Assembly (NCBI GenBank): GCA_965206745.1
Contig: OZ242220.1
Coordinates: 416,001 to 480,000, forward strand
Source of the DNA: Nitrosopumilus sp.
GTDB taxonomy: Archaea; Thermoproteota; Nitrososphaeria; Nitrososphaerales; Nitrosopumilaceae
Length of the DNA: 64,000 nt
Direction: 5' to 3'
The position numbers were made by a program, and so were the translations under genes. This document shows, piece after piece, positions 9,186-19,840 of the stretch. The notes under the pieces were generated by a model. The model did not search any database. It was not told the origin of the DNA and saw only the letters and a program-made list of their open reading frames with translations. How positions within the stretch are numbered: the stretch's first letter is position 1; each line of letters starts with the position of its first letter.

Positions 9186-9412
9186 TAAGTTCATAGAACA
9201 TGGATCCGTATTTCAAGTCTCGAAGATTACACAGAACCATCCAGACATGATTTATTTTGTAATCTTTATCTTCTTTGATTTAATTTTGTTAAACTGTAGA
9301 TCTAAAAGATGATACAAACAGAATCATGCAACAAAACCAAATATTTATCCTAAATCTTGATCCAATTGTTTGATTCCACATTCAATTTAGATTTATGAAT
9401 ACATGTCGTTTT

Positions 9413-10204
9413 TTAAAGTAAAACCGGATAAAATCCGTCTTCTTCATGATAAGCATATTTTCCACCTTCTATCGTCGTCGTTATCGGTTCGGTAATGTCA
9501 TGGCCTGATCCAACTGTTTCCTCGATAGTTGTAATTGGATGCATTTTTCCTGTTCGTTCAAATTTAGATCGTTTGTTAGATGAATAGTCATAACGAATTA
9601 GAAATTTTTCGTGACATAGATATTCAATTGCTGCTTTTGTTGGCTGATTATTTTGAATTATTTTTTTTGGAAGATTTGTTTTCAGATCCTCTTTGGTAAA
9701 TAATCTATTTTTGAATCGTGAATCAATTTCTTTTAAAAATGTAGAAATCTTTGATGCTGGATCATATATGCTTCCTAAGTGTATTGCATGCCTGTTTCCT
9801 TTATGATTAATCACAAAACAAGTAATATCGTAAGAATCTTTGTGTGTGTGGCAAAAAACATACTTGGAAACTTTCCCGTGAATTTTCTTTTCTCCCTCTT
9901 TTATCAAAAATGGCGAACTGTATTTTTTTGGAATTGATTCTTCAATTGAAGATAGAACTTGTTTATTGAATTTAATGGAACTTACTATGTTGTTTGCGTC
10001 ATGAATTTTATTTTGAGGTAACACAATAGTTATTCCATCTTCAGAATAATCTCTGGTAATTAGTAATTTATATTCCAAGTGTGCAATTGCATCTAACATG
10101 TGAGGCCTATCTCTGGTGGTAAACGTACCTAGAAATTGCCTTTGTTCTAAGGCATAACTTGATTTTAGGAGATTTACAAGTACTATCTCTTCGTATTTAT
10201 TCAA
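9413..10204 (-). CDS. Hypothetical protein sharing a ~130-aa domain with the C-terminus of the neighbouring DNA methyltransferase
   Basis: 263-aa ORF; by-eye alignment to the C-terminus of 11944..13308. Confidence 0.7.
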   Translation of the reverse strand: MNKYEEIVLVNLLKSSYALEQRQFLGTFTTRDRPHMLDAIAHLEYKLLITRDYSEDGITIVLPQNKIHDANNIVSSIKFNKQVLSSIEESIPKKYSSPFLIKEGEKKIHGKVSKYVFCHTHKDSYDITCFVINHKGNRHAIHLGSIYDPASKISTFLKEIDSRFKNRLFTKEDLKTNLPKKIIQNNQPTKAAIEYLCHEKFLIRYDYSSNKRSKFERTGKMHPITTIEETVGSGHDITEPITTTIEGGKYAYHEEDGFYPVLL

Positions 10205-10339
10205 CAGTAAATCCCTGTATTGATACTATAAATATTTTATGGCATATACCTTACTTTGTTCATTAAAATAACTAAAACTATCATATATGTTAACTATTTT
10301 ACAAGTAAATATCATATAGGAGGATCTTTCAGTATTTTC

Positions 10340-10708
10340 ATGCCAGTCACACCTCCCGAGGAACAAGAGGGAGTCTTTACAAGAATCTTCCAAAATGGTT
10401 CTACAGCAAAAGTGATTGATTTCTTTTTGGATCATAGAGACCTTGATTATTCACTAGCTGAAGTATCAGACAAGGCAAAGATCTCAATCCAGACTACATC
10501 CAAAGAAATAAGCAATTTAGAAAAAATGGGTTTTCTAACAAATCAACGAACTATTGGAAAAACCATGATGTATAGGTGGAATTCGGACACAGATGTGTTA
10601 AGATTATTGCAGGAATTTGCTTTACTGATAGCACAGACACCTTCTTTCCAAAATTATCCTGAAAAAACAGAAAGGCAGGATATTATTGAAAGTACAATAA
10701 ATCACTAG
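10340..10708 (+). CDS. Winged-helix (ArsR-like) transcriptional regulator
   Basis: KVIDFFLDHRDLDYSLAEVSDKAKISIQTTSKEISNLEKMGFL...IGKTMMYRWN; start moved to ATG 10340. Confidence 0.75.
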   Translation: MPVTPPEEQEGVFTRIFQNGSTAKVIDFFLDHRDLDYSLAEVSDKAKISIQTTSKEISNLEKMGFLTNQRTIGKTMMYRWNSDTDVLRLLQEFALLIAQTPSFQNYPEKTERQDIIESTINH

Positions 10709-11203
10709 TTTTTTTATATAAATTCGTATGATGCCATCACATCTTTTAGTTGGGTATAAATCAACATTGTTGAGAATTTTTTTGTACTTAGTTTTTTTGA
10801 ATAACTGATCTCATACATAAATTCTAGAGTTTCATAATGCTCTGTAAAATGTTTCTAACACTTAATATCAATCTATTAACATAAAACATTGTGATTAGAT
10901 TTCAGATGATATCAATACAAAATATCTGTATATAGTGCTGTTCAAAAATTCATCCCTATCTTTACTGCCTTCGCTTAAGGTAAATAACTGGATCTACTCC
11001 GATGAACTTTTGTTTGTCACTATGTAGGAAAAAACATATGGCATTGTAATGCCTCATCCTTAATCTGTGGGATTGGTTCTTGTTTACAGATTCTAACTTG
11101 TTTTGGATGATTTTGACATCTTGATTGCAAAATTTATTCGTATTTGACGTCTGATTTTGATGTGCAGAAAAGTTCCATTTACAGACAACGCTATTTAGAA
11201 CAA

Positions 11204-11947
11204 CTAAATCTGACTGATTCTTTTGTGAGCTATTTTATAGTTTTTTTCATCTTTTTCAAAACAAATGTATTTCCTGTTTAATTCTGTTGCCACTTTACAT
11301 ACTATGCCTTGTCCTGCAAATGGATCTAGAATAATGTCTTTTTCATACGTGAAAATCTGGATTAATCTTGCTATGATTTCATAGGGAATTCTATCTTGAA
11401 ATTCTGATTTCTTTTTAGGCTGCACAAACCATACTGAATCGTTCCACTCCGTTTTGACTTCACCATCAATATCTATTTTTGATATGCGCTCCTCACTGTC
11501 TACATACTCAAATTCAGAACCCTTTCTTTGAAATATATGAATGGTTGAAAATGGTGTATCTTCATAATTTATCAAAATCCCACTTTCCATAGGATTGATA
11601 CTTTCAGTTGATGATTTTGGACTTTTTACCCATATGATCTCTTCATGTTTCTCCCAATCCTCCAAATTCTTTGATTCCATCATCTGAAAAATATTTTTGG
11701 ACACCGAGGACATTGTCTGATTTGAATTCTTTTCTTCATCAAGAATTAAGCAACAAATTCCTCCGTTTTTTGTAACTTTGGCAATCTGTTTTATGATGAT
11801 TTGAAGTTTTGTCAAATATTCCTCATTCAAATCCTCACAAGTGATGTATGGTGGTTTAATTATTGAAAGAGTAATGTTTTTTTCATTATGCCATTTTGTA
11901 ATATTTTGACTATCATCACAAATTATTTGTTCAACTTTTGATTTCAT
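11204..11947 (-). CDS. Beta-class N4/N6 DNA methyltransferase homolog with degenerate catalytic motif
   Basis: IKPPY in place of S/DPPY; ILDPFAGQG motif I; 4-bp overlap with upstream MTase. Confidence 0.75.
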   Translation of the reverse strand: MKSKVEQIICDDSQNITKWHNEKNITLSIIKPPYITCEDLNEEYLTKLQIIIKQIAKVTKNGGICCLILDEEKNSNQTMSSVSKNIFQMMESKNLEDWEKHEEIIWVKSPKSSTESINPMESGILINYEDTPFSTIHIFQRKGSEFEYVDSEERISKIDIDGEVKTEWNDSVWFVQPKKKSEFQDRIPYEIIARLIQIFTYEKDIILDPFAGQGIVCKVATELNRKYICFEKDEKNYKIAHKRISQI

Positions 11948-13308
11948 TTGGTATTTTTCTTTGCTCTAGTCTTTATTTTAGTTTTTACGGTTAGTTTCAA
12001 TTTGATTCCTGTTTTCTGATATAATTCAGCCATGCGTTTTTTTCTACCTGTTTTTTCAATTTTCTTTTCATAAAGAAGAATATCAATAATTGCTTTTACC
12101 GGTTGTCTATTTTCAACTAGTCTTTCTGGTAAAATTGTATTCAAACTTGCTTTATGAAATTCACTATTTGGTAATTTTTTCAATGCAGTGCCCAAATGTG
12201 ATTTAGGATCTTTGATATTTCCTAAATTTATTCGTGTGGTTAGTTTCATATCTCTTCCCATTATATAACATATGTAATTCCCTGTGTTGTTTTTGTAATA
12301 GACGTAAGTACTTTTGAATCCTCTTATTTCTTTTTCAGAGACTTCTTTGAATTTGAATTTATAACCTTTTGGAACTTTTGGAACATCAAGATGTACATCA
12401 TCTTTCTTGCCTGATTCTTCTGCATCAGTCCACTCAATTGGATGATAAACTGGAATCATAAAATTTGATGATGTGAATTTTTCATCTAGTCTTTTTTTTG
12501 CTAATTCTACATATTGTTTTCTTAAATCCACTCCGATGAAATTTCTTTTTAGTAATTTTGCCATTTTTGTTGTCTGACCGCTTCCATTCATTGGATCTAG
12601 TACCGCGTCTCCTTTCTTTGAATATAGTTGGATTAGCCTCCATGGAATTTGCTCTGGAAATACTGCAGGATGTTTAACCACTCTCGGCGGGACAGGCGTA
12701 ATATCCCAAATGGATAGTGATACCTGTCTTTTCATAGCCCTGTTTAATGGAATTGTTTCGGTATTTCTTCTATCAAATATCTCTTTCTCTCCTCCCTTTT
12801 CTAACACTATGATGTATTCATGCATGATATTTGATCTATAGTATGTTGGATAGGAATACTGTACAAAAATGCCAAATCTATTTCCTGCTCCATTTCTTCC
12901 TGCAGTCACTTTATTCCAAATTATGGTGTCTCGTAAATGCCATCCCAATTCATTTTCTTCTTCTTTGATTAGTCTTGATATCAACAAACTTGACAGTGGT
13001 ATTAATTTTCCATTTGAAACTTCATCACCAATTACAATACAGCAGAATCCTCCCGGTTTGGTCACTTTTAATACTTCGGAAAATATTTGCTCCATTTCAT
13101 CCAAGTATTTCTTAGTGGTAGTTCCACCATTTCCACGAAATGATGCTTTTTGAGAATTTTTTTCATTTTTTACGTGCTGTGAATAGTTTATTGCGTTTCC
13201 ATAAGGTGGTGAAGTGATAGTTAGAGAAATACTATTTGGCTTGATAAATTTGGATAGTTCTTTGCTATTTGCATTAATGATGTCATTTACTATGAATTTT
13301 TTTGCCAT
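11944..13308 (-). CDS. Beta-class DNA methyltransferase (probably N4-cytosine) with C-terminal extension
   Basis: TSPPY, HPAVFPEQI, VLDPMNGSGQT. Confidence 0.9.
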   Translation of the reverse strand: MAKKFIVNDIINANSKELSKFIKPNSISLTITSPPYGNAINYSQHVKNEKNSQKASFRGNGGTTTKKYLDEMEQIFSEVLKVTKPGGFCCIVIGDEVSNGKLIPLSSLLISRLIKEEENELGWHLRDTIIWNKVTAGRNGAGNRFGIFVQYSYPTYYRSNIMHEYIIVLEKGGEKEIFDRRNTETIPLNRAMKRQVSLSIWDITPVPPRVVKHPAVFPEQIPWRLIQLYSKKGDAVLDPMNGSGQTTKMAKLLKRNFIGVDLRKQYVELAKKRLDEKFTSSNFMIPVYHPIEWTDAEESGKKDDVHLDVPKVPKGYKFKFKEVSEKEIRGFKSTYVYYKNNTGNYICYIMGRDMKLTTRINLGNIKDPKSHLGTALKKLPNSEFHKASLNTILPERLVENRQPVKAIIDILLYEKKIEKTGRKKRMAELYQKTGIKLKLTVKTKIKTRAKKNTK

Positions 13309-13648
13309 GCTCTGATCCCTTGATGTTCAAGCTATAAAGGTTTCGAAAGATAAAATCTTTTATAATTTTTTCCTAGTTCTAAATTTTAATTTCTATATTT
13401 TTAGTAACCAGTTTAATCGTTATCTGATTAGTTTTATTTTTATACATTAATCACGTATTGGTAAAAGAATGTACTAGCTAACATCTCTAAAAATTTTGTA
13501 GATTCTTTTAATTTCTGAAATCTATTTTTTAATCAATTTAATGGATTCAGTTTTTTTCATAATTATTTTATTTATATTTTGTAAGTTGTATGTGATATGA
13601 TTTTTCAATATCTATAATAACAAAAGATAATCTGTTACTGGACAGTCT

Positions 13649-13963
13649 TCATGGTTTGACATCGGCAGGCGGATTCAACCTCTGCTCCTCACCGATTCTA
13701 TCAAAGCAGTCCTCTAGTTCCTCTGACTGGCCGATGTATAGTTCCCTGCACTCCTGTTCGAGGTACGTCTTTTGATATAGCTGCCATGTGTCCTCATCTC
13801 GCTGTCCCTCATCTGTGCTGATTTTGGGATTCTCCTGCGGAACGAGGAATTCACTCCAAACATCCTTGTCCTGATGATCCTCCTGCACTACTAACTGGAC
13901 TAGAAATACTCCAAGTATTGCGGCAACTGGAATCACTATTGCCATTATTATCACTGGTCTCAT
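13649..13963 (-). CDS. Hypothetical membrane-anchored protein
   Basis: N-terminal TM; operon-like 4-bp overlaps. Confidence 0.6.
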   Translation of the reverse strand: MRPVIIMAIVIPVAAILGVFLVQLVVQEDHQDKDVWSEFLVPQENPKISTDEGQRDEDTWQLYQKTYLEQECRELYIGQSEELEDCFDRIGEEQRLNPPADVKP

Positions 13964-14256
13964 TTCTTGTCCTTTTCTTTCTTGTTAAAGATGAGATCAG
14001 AGTCCCCTTCTTTGAGCTTGTATTCCTCAAACTCTTTCTTCTGCTTTATCATCGTCTTTCTATACTCCTCTTCCATGAAATCCCCTGCAAGGATTCTCAA
14101 CTTAAGGGTATGGAATTCAAAACCAGTTCTCTCAAATGCACGTCTCTTGTCATCAAATGAGAAATCATCAATTCTCTCTTGGTACTTGCACTCCTCATCA
14201 CATGGAAGTAATCGGCTGCAAATTGCACAGACACGCTCAATCCTGCTACAAATCAA
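13960..14256 (-). CDS. Hypothetical Cys-containing protein
   Basis: Overlaps both neighbours by 4 bp; CAIC...CDEEC. Confidence 0.55.
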   Translation of the reverse strand: MICSRIERVCAICSRLLPCDEECKYQERIDDFSFDDKRRAFERTGFEFHTLKLRILAGDFMEEEYRKTMIKQKKEFEEYKLKEGDSDLIFNKKEKDKK

Positions 14257-14978
14257 ACCATGATATCTCGAGAGCCCAGCCTGTCTGGAACATTATGTAT
14301 CTCAAATGACTCTAAATATTCCAGCTGCTCTGAGATCAGTTTTGAATCGCCAAATGATATCAGAATCCTGTCATCGTGCCTTATCTCATACAGGCTGATG
14401 TTGTTCTGGGCCTTTCCATTTACCAGGACCGTCACGGATCTCTCTGCGTCTGCACAGTATCTCTTCCCAGCCCCCACATCGGGTCTCATCTCTATGCATC
14501 CTGATGTAACCTTTAATCCAAATGACGCAAACAGCATGTCCAGCGGAACCCTGCTTGCATGCTTGTGAATCTGGTATGCGTTGCCATTCTCAAAGTGAAT
14601 GTACTTGCTTTGCAGCTGGAACTGTGGAACCGAGAAATCAAGCGCGTCACCTTCCACAAACACCGCTATTGCAGCATGTGCGTGATCACTGCCCGGCAAT
14701 CCCACTTTATAATGACTTACCATCCTGTCCTCGAGTGTCTCAAATGCGGAGCTGTCCAAAATCCGCGAATCAATCTCACTCTGATTCAGGAAATAATATG
14801 AAAATGCCCCGGCAGCTACCAGGATGAAAACTATTCCAAATATGGCAAGTGATATGTTCTTTGGTCTGGGTTCACCTGCAGGTTCACTGGCACGCTCAAA
14901 ACATGCCAAATCACTCTCCTCCATCCTCCCCGGGAGGCTAAAATCCGAATCCTCAGTAGGCAATGTCTTTTCAGTCAA
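14253..14978 (-). CDS. Membrane-anchored His-motif protein (thaumarchaeal conserved hypothetical)
   Basis: TM helix; HAHA, IHFE, IHKH motifs; DRILISFG. Confidence 0.7.
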   Translation of the reverse strand: MTEKTLPTEDSDFSLPGRMEESDLACFERASEPAGEPRPKNISLAIFGIVFILVAAGAFSYYFLNQSEIDSRILDSSAFETLEDRMVSHYKVGLPGSDHAHAAIAVFVEGDALDFSVPQFQLQSKYIHFENGNAYQIHKHASRVPLDMLFASFGLKVTSGCIEMRPDVGAGKRYCADAERSVTVLVNGKAQNNISLYEIRHDDRILISFGDSKLISEQLEYLESFEIHNVPDRLGSRDIMV

Positions 14979-15043
14979 ACACTAGTCATAGTTGCCGTAT
15001 GGTATAAATTCCAATGTCTAAATTATCACCACTTTGCAGTCCC

Positions 15044-16030
15044 CTACCTGTACTCCCCGCCGCAGTCGCCGATAGTCTCAAAGAGATCCTCTGATTTTGC
15101 AGTGACCGAGTCGATCAGCGAGACGTCCTTTTCATCCAGTGTCACAGAAAACACCCTGCCGTTATCCTCCCGGTGCTCTGCAATACCCAGTCTTGCACCT
15201 ACTATCACTCCTGCAACCTGTGGCCTATCCAGTATGTATCGCACTGCGACATTTGCAATGCTGCAACCGTGCTTTTGTGCTATTTCACTTAATGCCTCCA
15301 GCAGTTCCTGGAACAGCTGCCATCCGCCCCATGCATCTATCATGTTTTTGTATTTTTGCAGGCTTGAGGTATCTAGTTGGTCCCTGTGCGGCTCGTCTGC
15401 TCCCAGATATCTCTCTGAGAGCAAACCTCCAAGCAGGGTTCCATAGGATAGGATCTTTATCCCATGCTTGAGAAAGAACGGTACCATCACCTTCTCCGGT
15501 CTCCTGTCCAGTATGGAGTACTGGACCTGGTTTGAGACTATTTTATATCCGTGCTCCCTGATGGTCCTGATCCGCTCTGTATCAAAGTTTGTCAGTCCTA
15601 TATGCTTGATCTTGTTTTCCCTTTGCAGTTTTGACAAATTATTTAACGCATCAAGATAGCCTGCATCATTGTAATCCCACCAGTGAAACTGGAGCAGGTC
15701 TATACAGTTTACATTCATCTTTTGCAGTGACTGCTCGATATGGTGAGTTACAATGCTGTAACTCATGGGGCCTGGACTTGGAACAAACTTTGTCAGTGCC
15801 TCAAACTTTGCATCACCTGCCCTCTCCCTGAACGCTCCAATCATGGACTCTGCAGGACCGTAAATGTCTGCCAGATCCCACGTTGTAAATCCTGCGGCCT
15901 GATACTTCTGCATGTCTGAAACTGCCGACTCGTGCTCAATCTGGCCGTGACCTCCTGCCACCTGCCACATCCCGTTGAGAATCCTACAAATCTCAAGGTC
16001 TCCTGCAAGTACTGTTCTGTCCACTGGCAC
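15044..16030 (-). CDS. Aldo/keto reductase
   Basis: GMWQ, DLADIYGPAE, DLLQFHWW, IGLTNF, SNQVQYS; start placed at GTG 16030. Confidence 0.9.
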   Translation of the reverse strand: MPVDRTVLAGDLEICRILNGMWQVAGGHGQIEHESAVSDMQKYQAAGFTTWDLADIYGPAESMIGAFRERAGDAKFEALTKFVPSPGPMSYSIVTHHIEQSLQKMNVNCIDLLQFHWWDYNDAGYLDALNNLSKLQRENKIKHIGLTNFDTERIRTIREHGYKIVSNQVQYSILDRRPEKVMVPFFLKHGIKILSYGTLLGGLLSERYLGADEPHRDQLDTSSLQKYKNMIDAWGGWQLFQELLEALSEIAQKHGCSIANVAVRYILDRPQVAGVIVGARLGIAEHREDNGRVFSVTLDEKDVSLIDSVTAKSEDLFETIGDCGGEYR

Positions 16031-16109
16031 AGTTATGACTGATCTCCCCTTTGGGATATAGTTTACTAGAATCATATTGAGCGGGTCATTTGATGGATGC
16101 AGAGTAATC

Positions 16110-16667
16110 TTGAATCTGGTGAAAAGTGCCGAGCTGTTTGCAAAGGACAGACATGCAGGACAGTTGAGGGCTGATGAGGCCACCTACTCCAAGCATCTGG
16201 AGGATGTCGTAAGCAGACTCAAGAGCTTGGGTGTCATTGACGAGCAGATACTCTGCGCCGGATGGCTCCATGATACAATTGAGAACACTGGTACTACCTT
16301 TGATGATGTGTATGAGCAGTTTGAAAGTGAGATCGCAGTACTTGTCTCATCAATATCCCAGGACATGTCGCTGACCAGAAAGAAGAGGGAGCAGGCATAT
16401 ACTGTCCAGCTCAGGGAGGCCTCGTTTGGTGCAAAGCTGATAAAGCTGTGTGACATCTCTGCAAACCTGGGGGAACTGAAAAACTATGACGCATCAAGAT
16501 CAAGAAAGATGCGTCTGGTAAGGCGGCAAAGGCACTATCTTGGTATCATCAAGGATGACATCATCGGGAACCTGCACTATCCCCACGTGCAGTATCTGAT
16601 GGAGAGTGCAAATGTAATCTTTAAAAAGTTCCGCCAGCGACCAGTATCGATGCGGCCAAAGCAATAG
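16110..16667 (+). CDS. HD-domain hydrolase, MESH1/SpoT-hydrolase-like
   Basis: RHAGQLR, YSKH, LHDTIENT, IKLCDISAN; start placed at TTG 16110. Confidence 0.8.
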   Translation: MNLVKSAELFAKDRHAGQLRADEATYSKHLEDVVSRLKSLGVIDEQILCAGWLHDTIENTGTTFDDVYEQFESEIAVLVSSISQDMSLTRKKREQAYTVQLREASFGAKLIKLCDISANLGELKNYDASRSRKMRLVRRQRHYLGIIKDDIIGNLHYPHVQYLMESANVIFKKFRQRPVSMRPKQ

Positions 16668-16708
16668 TCTATACAAAATCTTAAATCCACATACCCTATA
16701 CAACACAC

Positions 16709-17107
16709 ATGGCAGAAAACCATGACATACTCGACCAGATAAGCGGCAGGTATTTTGCAGAACTGGAGCATGCAGTCCCGTACATGCAGCAGTCCCTCTT
16801 TGATTTACAAAACGAGTACTACAAGATATGGAAGAATGCAACAACTGCAAATACGACACTGTACAAGGAATTTCTGCGCAGTTTGGGATGCGAGTTCCCA
16901 GAGGCCGCAAAGGATGCCATGAAAAGCATGGGTGAGGAGACGCTGAAACTTTGCGCAATGTACAGCAAGCTTGCAATATCAAACATCGAGACTGCAAAAG
17001 ATGCGGCAAAGAGATACAATGAGAACGCAGGTGCGTTTGTGGAACTGAATCGACAAATCACCGGCTATTGGCCTGATGCATTCCTCCCCCAAAAGCAGGC
17101 AGCCTGA
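16709..17107 (+). CDS. Hypothetical helical protein
   Basis: 132-aa ORF with TATA-like TTAAAT upstream. Confidence 0.65.
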   Translation: MAENHDILDQISGRYFAELEHAVPYMQQSLFDLQNEYYKIWKNATTANTTLYKEFLRSLGCEFPEAAKDAMKSMGEETLKLCAMYSKLAISNIETAKDAAKRYNENAGAFVELNRQITGYWPDAFLPQKQAA

Positions 17108-17168
17108 CTATACCAGTAACTCCCATCACAGAAATATCTAAATCACAATCATTTGAGAACTATGTATC

Positions 17169-18452
17169 TTGGAACTGCCACGCGGAATGAAGGACTTTGA
17201 GGGCAAGGAGAATGCCAACATAGAGCACATAAGGTCCCATTTTAGGAGACTGTCCCACCTGTACGGGTTTTCATTTATGGATCCCTCTCCAATTGAGCTG
17301 TTATCCACCCTTGAGACAAAGTCCGGTCCTGGAATCAGGGATGAAATTTACTATTTCCGGGACAAGGGGGACAGGGAGGTGGCACTGCGTTTTGACTTTA
17401 CCATGGGCCTCACAAGGTATGCCGCATCCCAAAAGTCGATGAGGCTGCCAGCCAAGATCTCGGCATTTGGCGGGGTGTTTCGATATGACGAGCCACAGAA
17501 GGGAAGATACAGGTACTTTCACCAGTGGGATGTCGAGATTTACGGCAGGGCCAGTCTGGAGTCTGAAGCAGAGATAATAGAGGTCACATCCAGGCTGTTT
17601 GATTCGTTACTACTCAAGGATATTACAATTGACATCAACCACAGAAACCTTGTAGAGTCATACATCAACAAGGTGTTTAGTTCAAGGGAGCCAGAACTGG
17701 TTGCAGACATTCTGCGGGCAGTCGACAAGGTCGCAAAAAAATCTGAAGAGCAGATCCTAGAAGAGTTTGAGAAAAAGGGATACTCTGCTGAAAAACTCAA
17801 AAAAATCCTAGAGTTTGCAAAAACCAAGGGAACCATACTGCAGGTGGAGGAAGCATTTGACACGGCACAGCTGGAATCATGGGATGAGCTCAAGCAGCTC
17901 TTTGACTCACTTGAGAATCGGGGCGTCTCAAACATCAGGATCAACTTTGGAATCGTACGCGGACTGGACTATTATTCTGGAATCGTCTTTGAGGTGTTTG
18001 ACAAAAACTCCACACTTGGTGCACTGGCTGGTGGAGGACGATACGACACGCTGACTAGGGCATTTAACAGGGAAGACATTGGTGCGACAGGGGTTGCAGG
18101 AGGGGTTGAGAGAATCATCCTGACGATGCAGGAGCAAGGAATAATCCCCGATGCAAAACAGGACAGGGTCGCAGTACTATACATCAATGACTCTATGCAA
18201 AAAGTCGCCCACTCTATCACATCACTGCTCCGTCTAAACGGCATTGCAGCTGACATTGATCTTGCAGGACGCAGCATCCGGAAGCAGATGGATATTGCAA
18301 CCGGTGCAAAACTTGCAATCATAGTCGGACCCCAGGAGCTGGAGAACGGGGATGTCGTTCTCAAGGACATGACAAGCGGAACAGAAGGGACGATATCTTT
18401 GGAGGAACTCACAGAGAATCCGAGGTCAGTTCTTAGTTTAGAAAGGCCCTAG
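17169..18452 (+). CDS. hisS: Histidine--tRNA ligase
   Basis: LPRGMKDF, LRFDFT, RYDEPQKGRYR, RGLDYYSG, GGGRYD. Confidence 0.97.
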   Translation: MELPRGMKDFEGKENANIEHIRSHFRRLSHLYGFSFMDPSPIELLSTLETKSGPGIRDEIYYFRDKGDREVALRFDFTMGLTRYAASQKSMRLPAKISAFGGVFRYDEPQKGRYRYFHQWDVEIYGRASLESEAEIIEVTSRLFDSLLLKDITIDINHRNLVESYINKVFSSREPELVADILRAVDKVAKKSEEQILEEFEKKGYSAEKLKKILEFAKTKGTILQVEEAFDTAQLESWDELKQLFDSLENRGVSNIRINFGIVRGLDYYSGIVFEVFDKNSTLGALAGGGRYDTLTRAFNREDIGATGVAGGVERIILTMQEQGIIPDAKQDRVAVLYINDSMQKVAHSITSLLRLNGIAADIDLAGRSIRKQMDIATGAKLAIIVGPQELENGDVVLKDMTSGTEGTISLEELTENPRSVLSLERP

Positions 18453-19098
18453 TAAGCATCATGATCTCAGGGCCGCTAGTCAGGGAGCCTACGACCATGC
18501 AGTGGTTGTTGACCAAAATTCCTGATGAGACATACGGGATGCCGTTGTTTATCGAGCTCTGCTCAATCCTTACGCCTAGGACGTTGGCTATGGTCTTCAT
18601 GTCTTCCTCGTCTGCTTCGGGATGGATTGCAGCCCCCGAGTCGTTTGCAACTAGTACCACCCCTGTCTGGTTGAACCCTGCAATCCTTTTCTGAATCACC
18701 TCGACTCCCAGCACGTCTGATATGGTATTACAGTCATTCTTTGAGAGCCATGGGGATACAACTGCCCCCTTGTCATTGGCACAGATTACGTTTCCAAGCG
18801 CGTTGAACTTTGTATCCAGTACCCCGACCTCCAGATCTGTTTCTACCTTTAGATAGTCGTACTCATTTTGGTATGCCGTATTTGGCAGCAGCACCCCCTT
18901 GTTGTTCATAACTGAGAGTGCGCCAATCAGTCTGGTATTTGCAATTGCAGTGTGATGAATTGTAATGTCTAGATATTTTGCAAGCTTGTCAGCTTTTGTC
19001 TGGGCAAATCCCATCGGAACCAGTCCTATATTGTCATTGACTGTAATGTACACCCCGAGGTTTGGTCCCTTGTACACGTCATACTTGATAATATCCAT
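18433..19098 (-). CDS. eif6: Translation initiation factor 6
   Basis: PNLGVY, ALGNVICAND, INNGIPYVSSG, VGSLTSGPE. Confidence 0.95.
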   Translation of the reverse strand: MDIIKYDVYKGPNLGVYITVNDNIGLVPMGFAQTKADKLAKYLDITIHHTAIANTRLIGALSVMNNKGVLLPNTAYQNEYDYLKVETDLEVGVLDTKFNALGNVICANDKGAVVSPWLSKNDCNTISDVLGVEVIQKRIAGFNQTGVVLVANDSGAAIHPEADEEDMKTIANVLGVRIEQSSINNGIPYVSSGILVNNHCMVVGSLTSGPEIMMLTRAFLN

Positions 19099-19208
19099 AT
19101 CCGAAGAGTTGTTCCTTGATCGTTATGAACGTAGGGAAATCCTCCCTTCCTGTCTGATCGGCATTATCCTGTATACCCATACACAGGTTATCTAGCTTTA
19201 AATAATAA

Positions 19209-19736
<528 letters not shown>

Positions 19737-19840
19737 TCTCATCTCAGGCCTGAAATCTTTGATTTTTATATCCTCTTTTTTGAATTTAGTCCCAACTAAT
19801 TTTGTCTAGATTTAAATAATATTCCCAAGGTAATTAGGTC

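Noticed and set aside
10710-11200. Possible degraded gene (integrase-like?) on the minus strand between the wHTH and MTase genes
   Set aside because: Only short broken frames; no motif I can support without a translated search
16709-17107. Phasin-like identity
   Set aside because: Only general amphipathic character; no pha genes in the window
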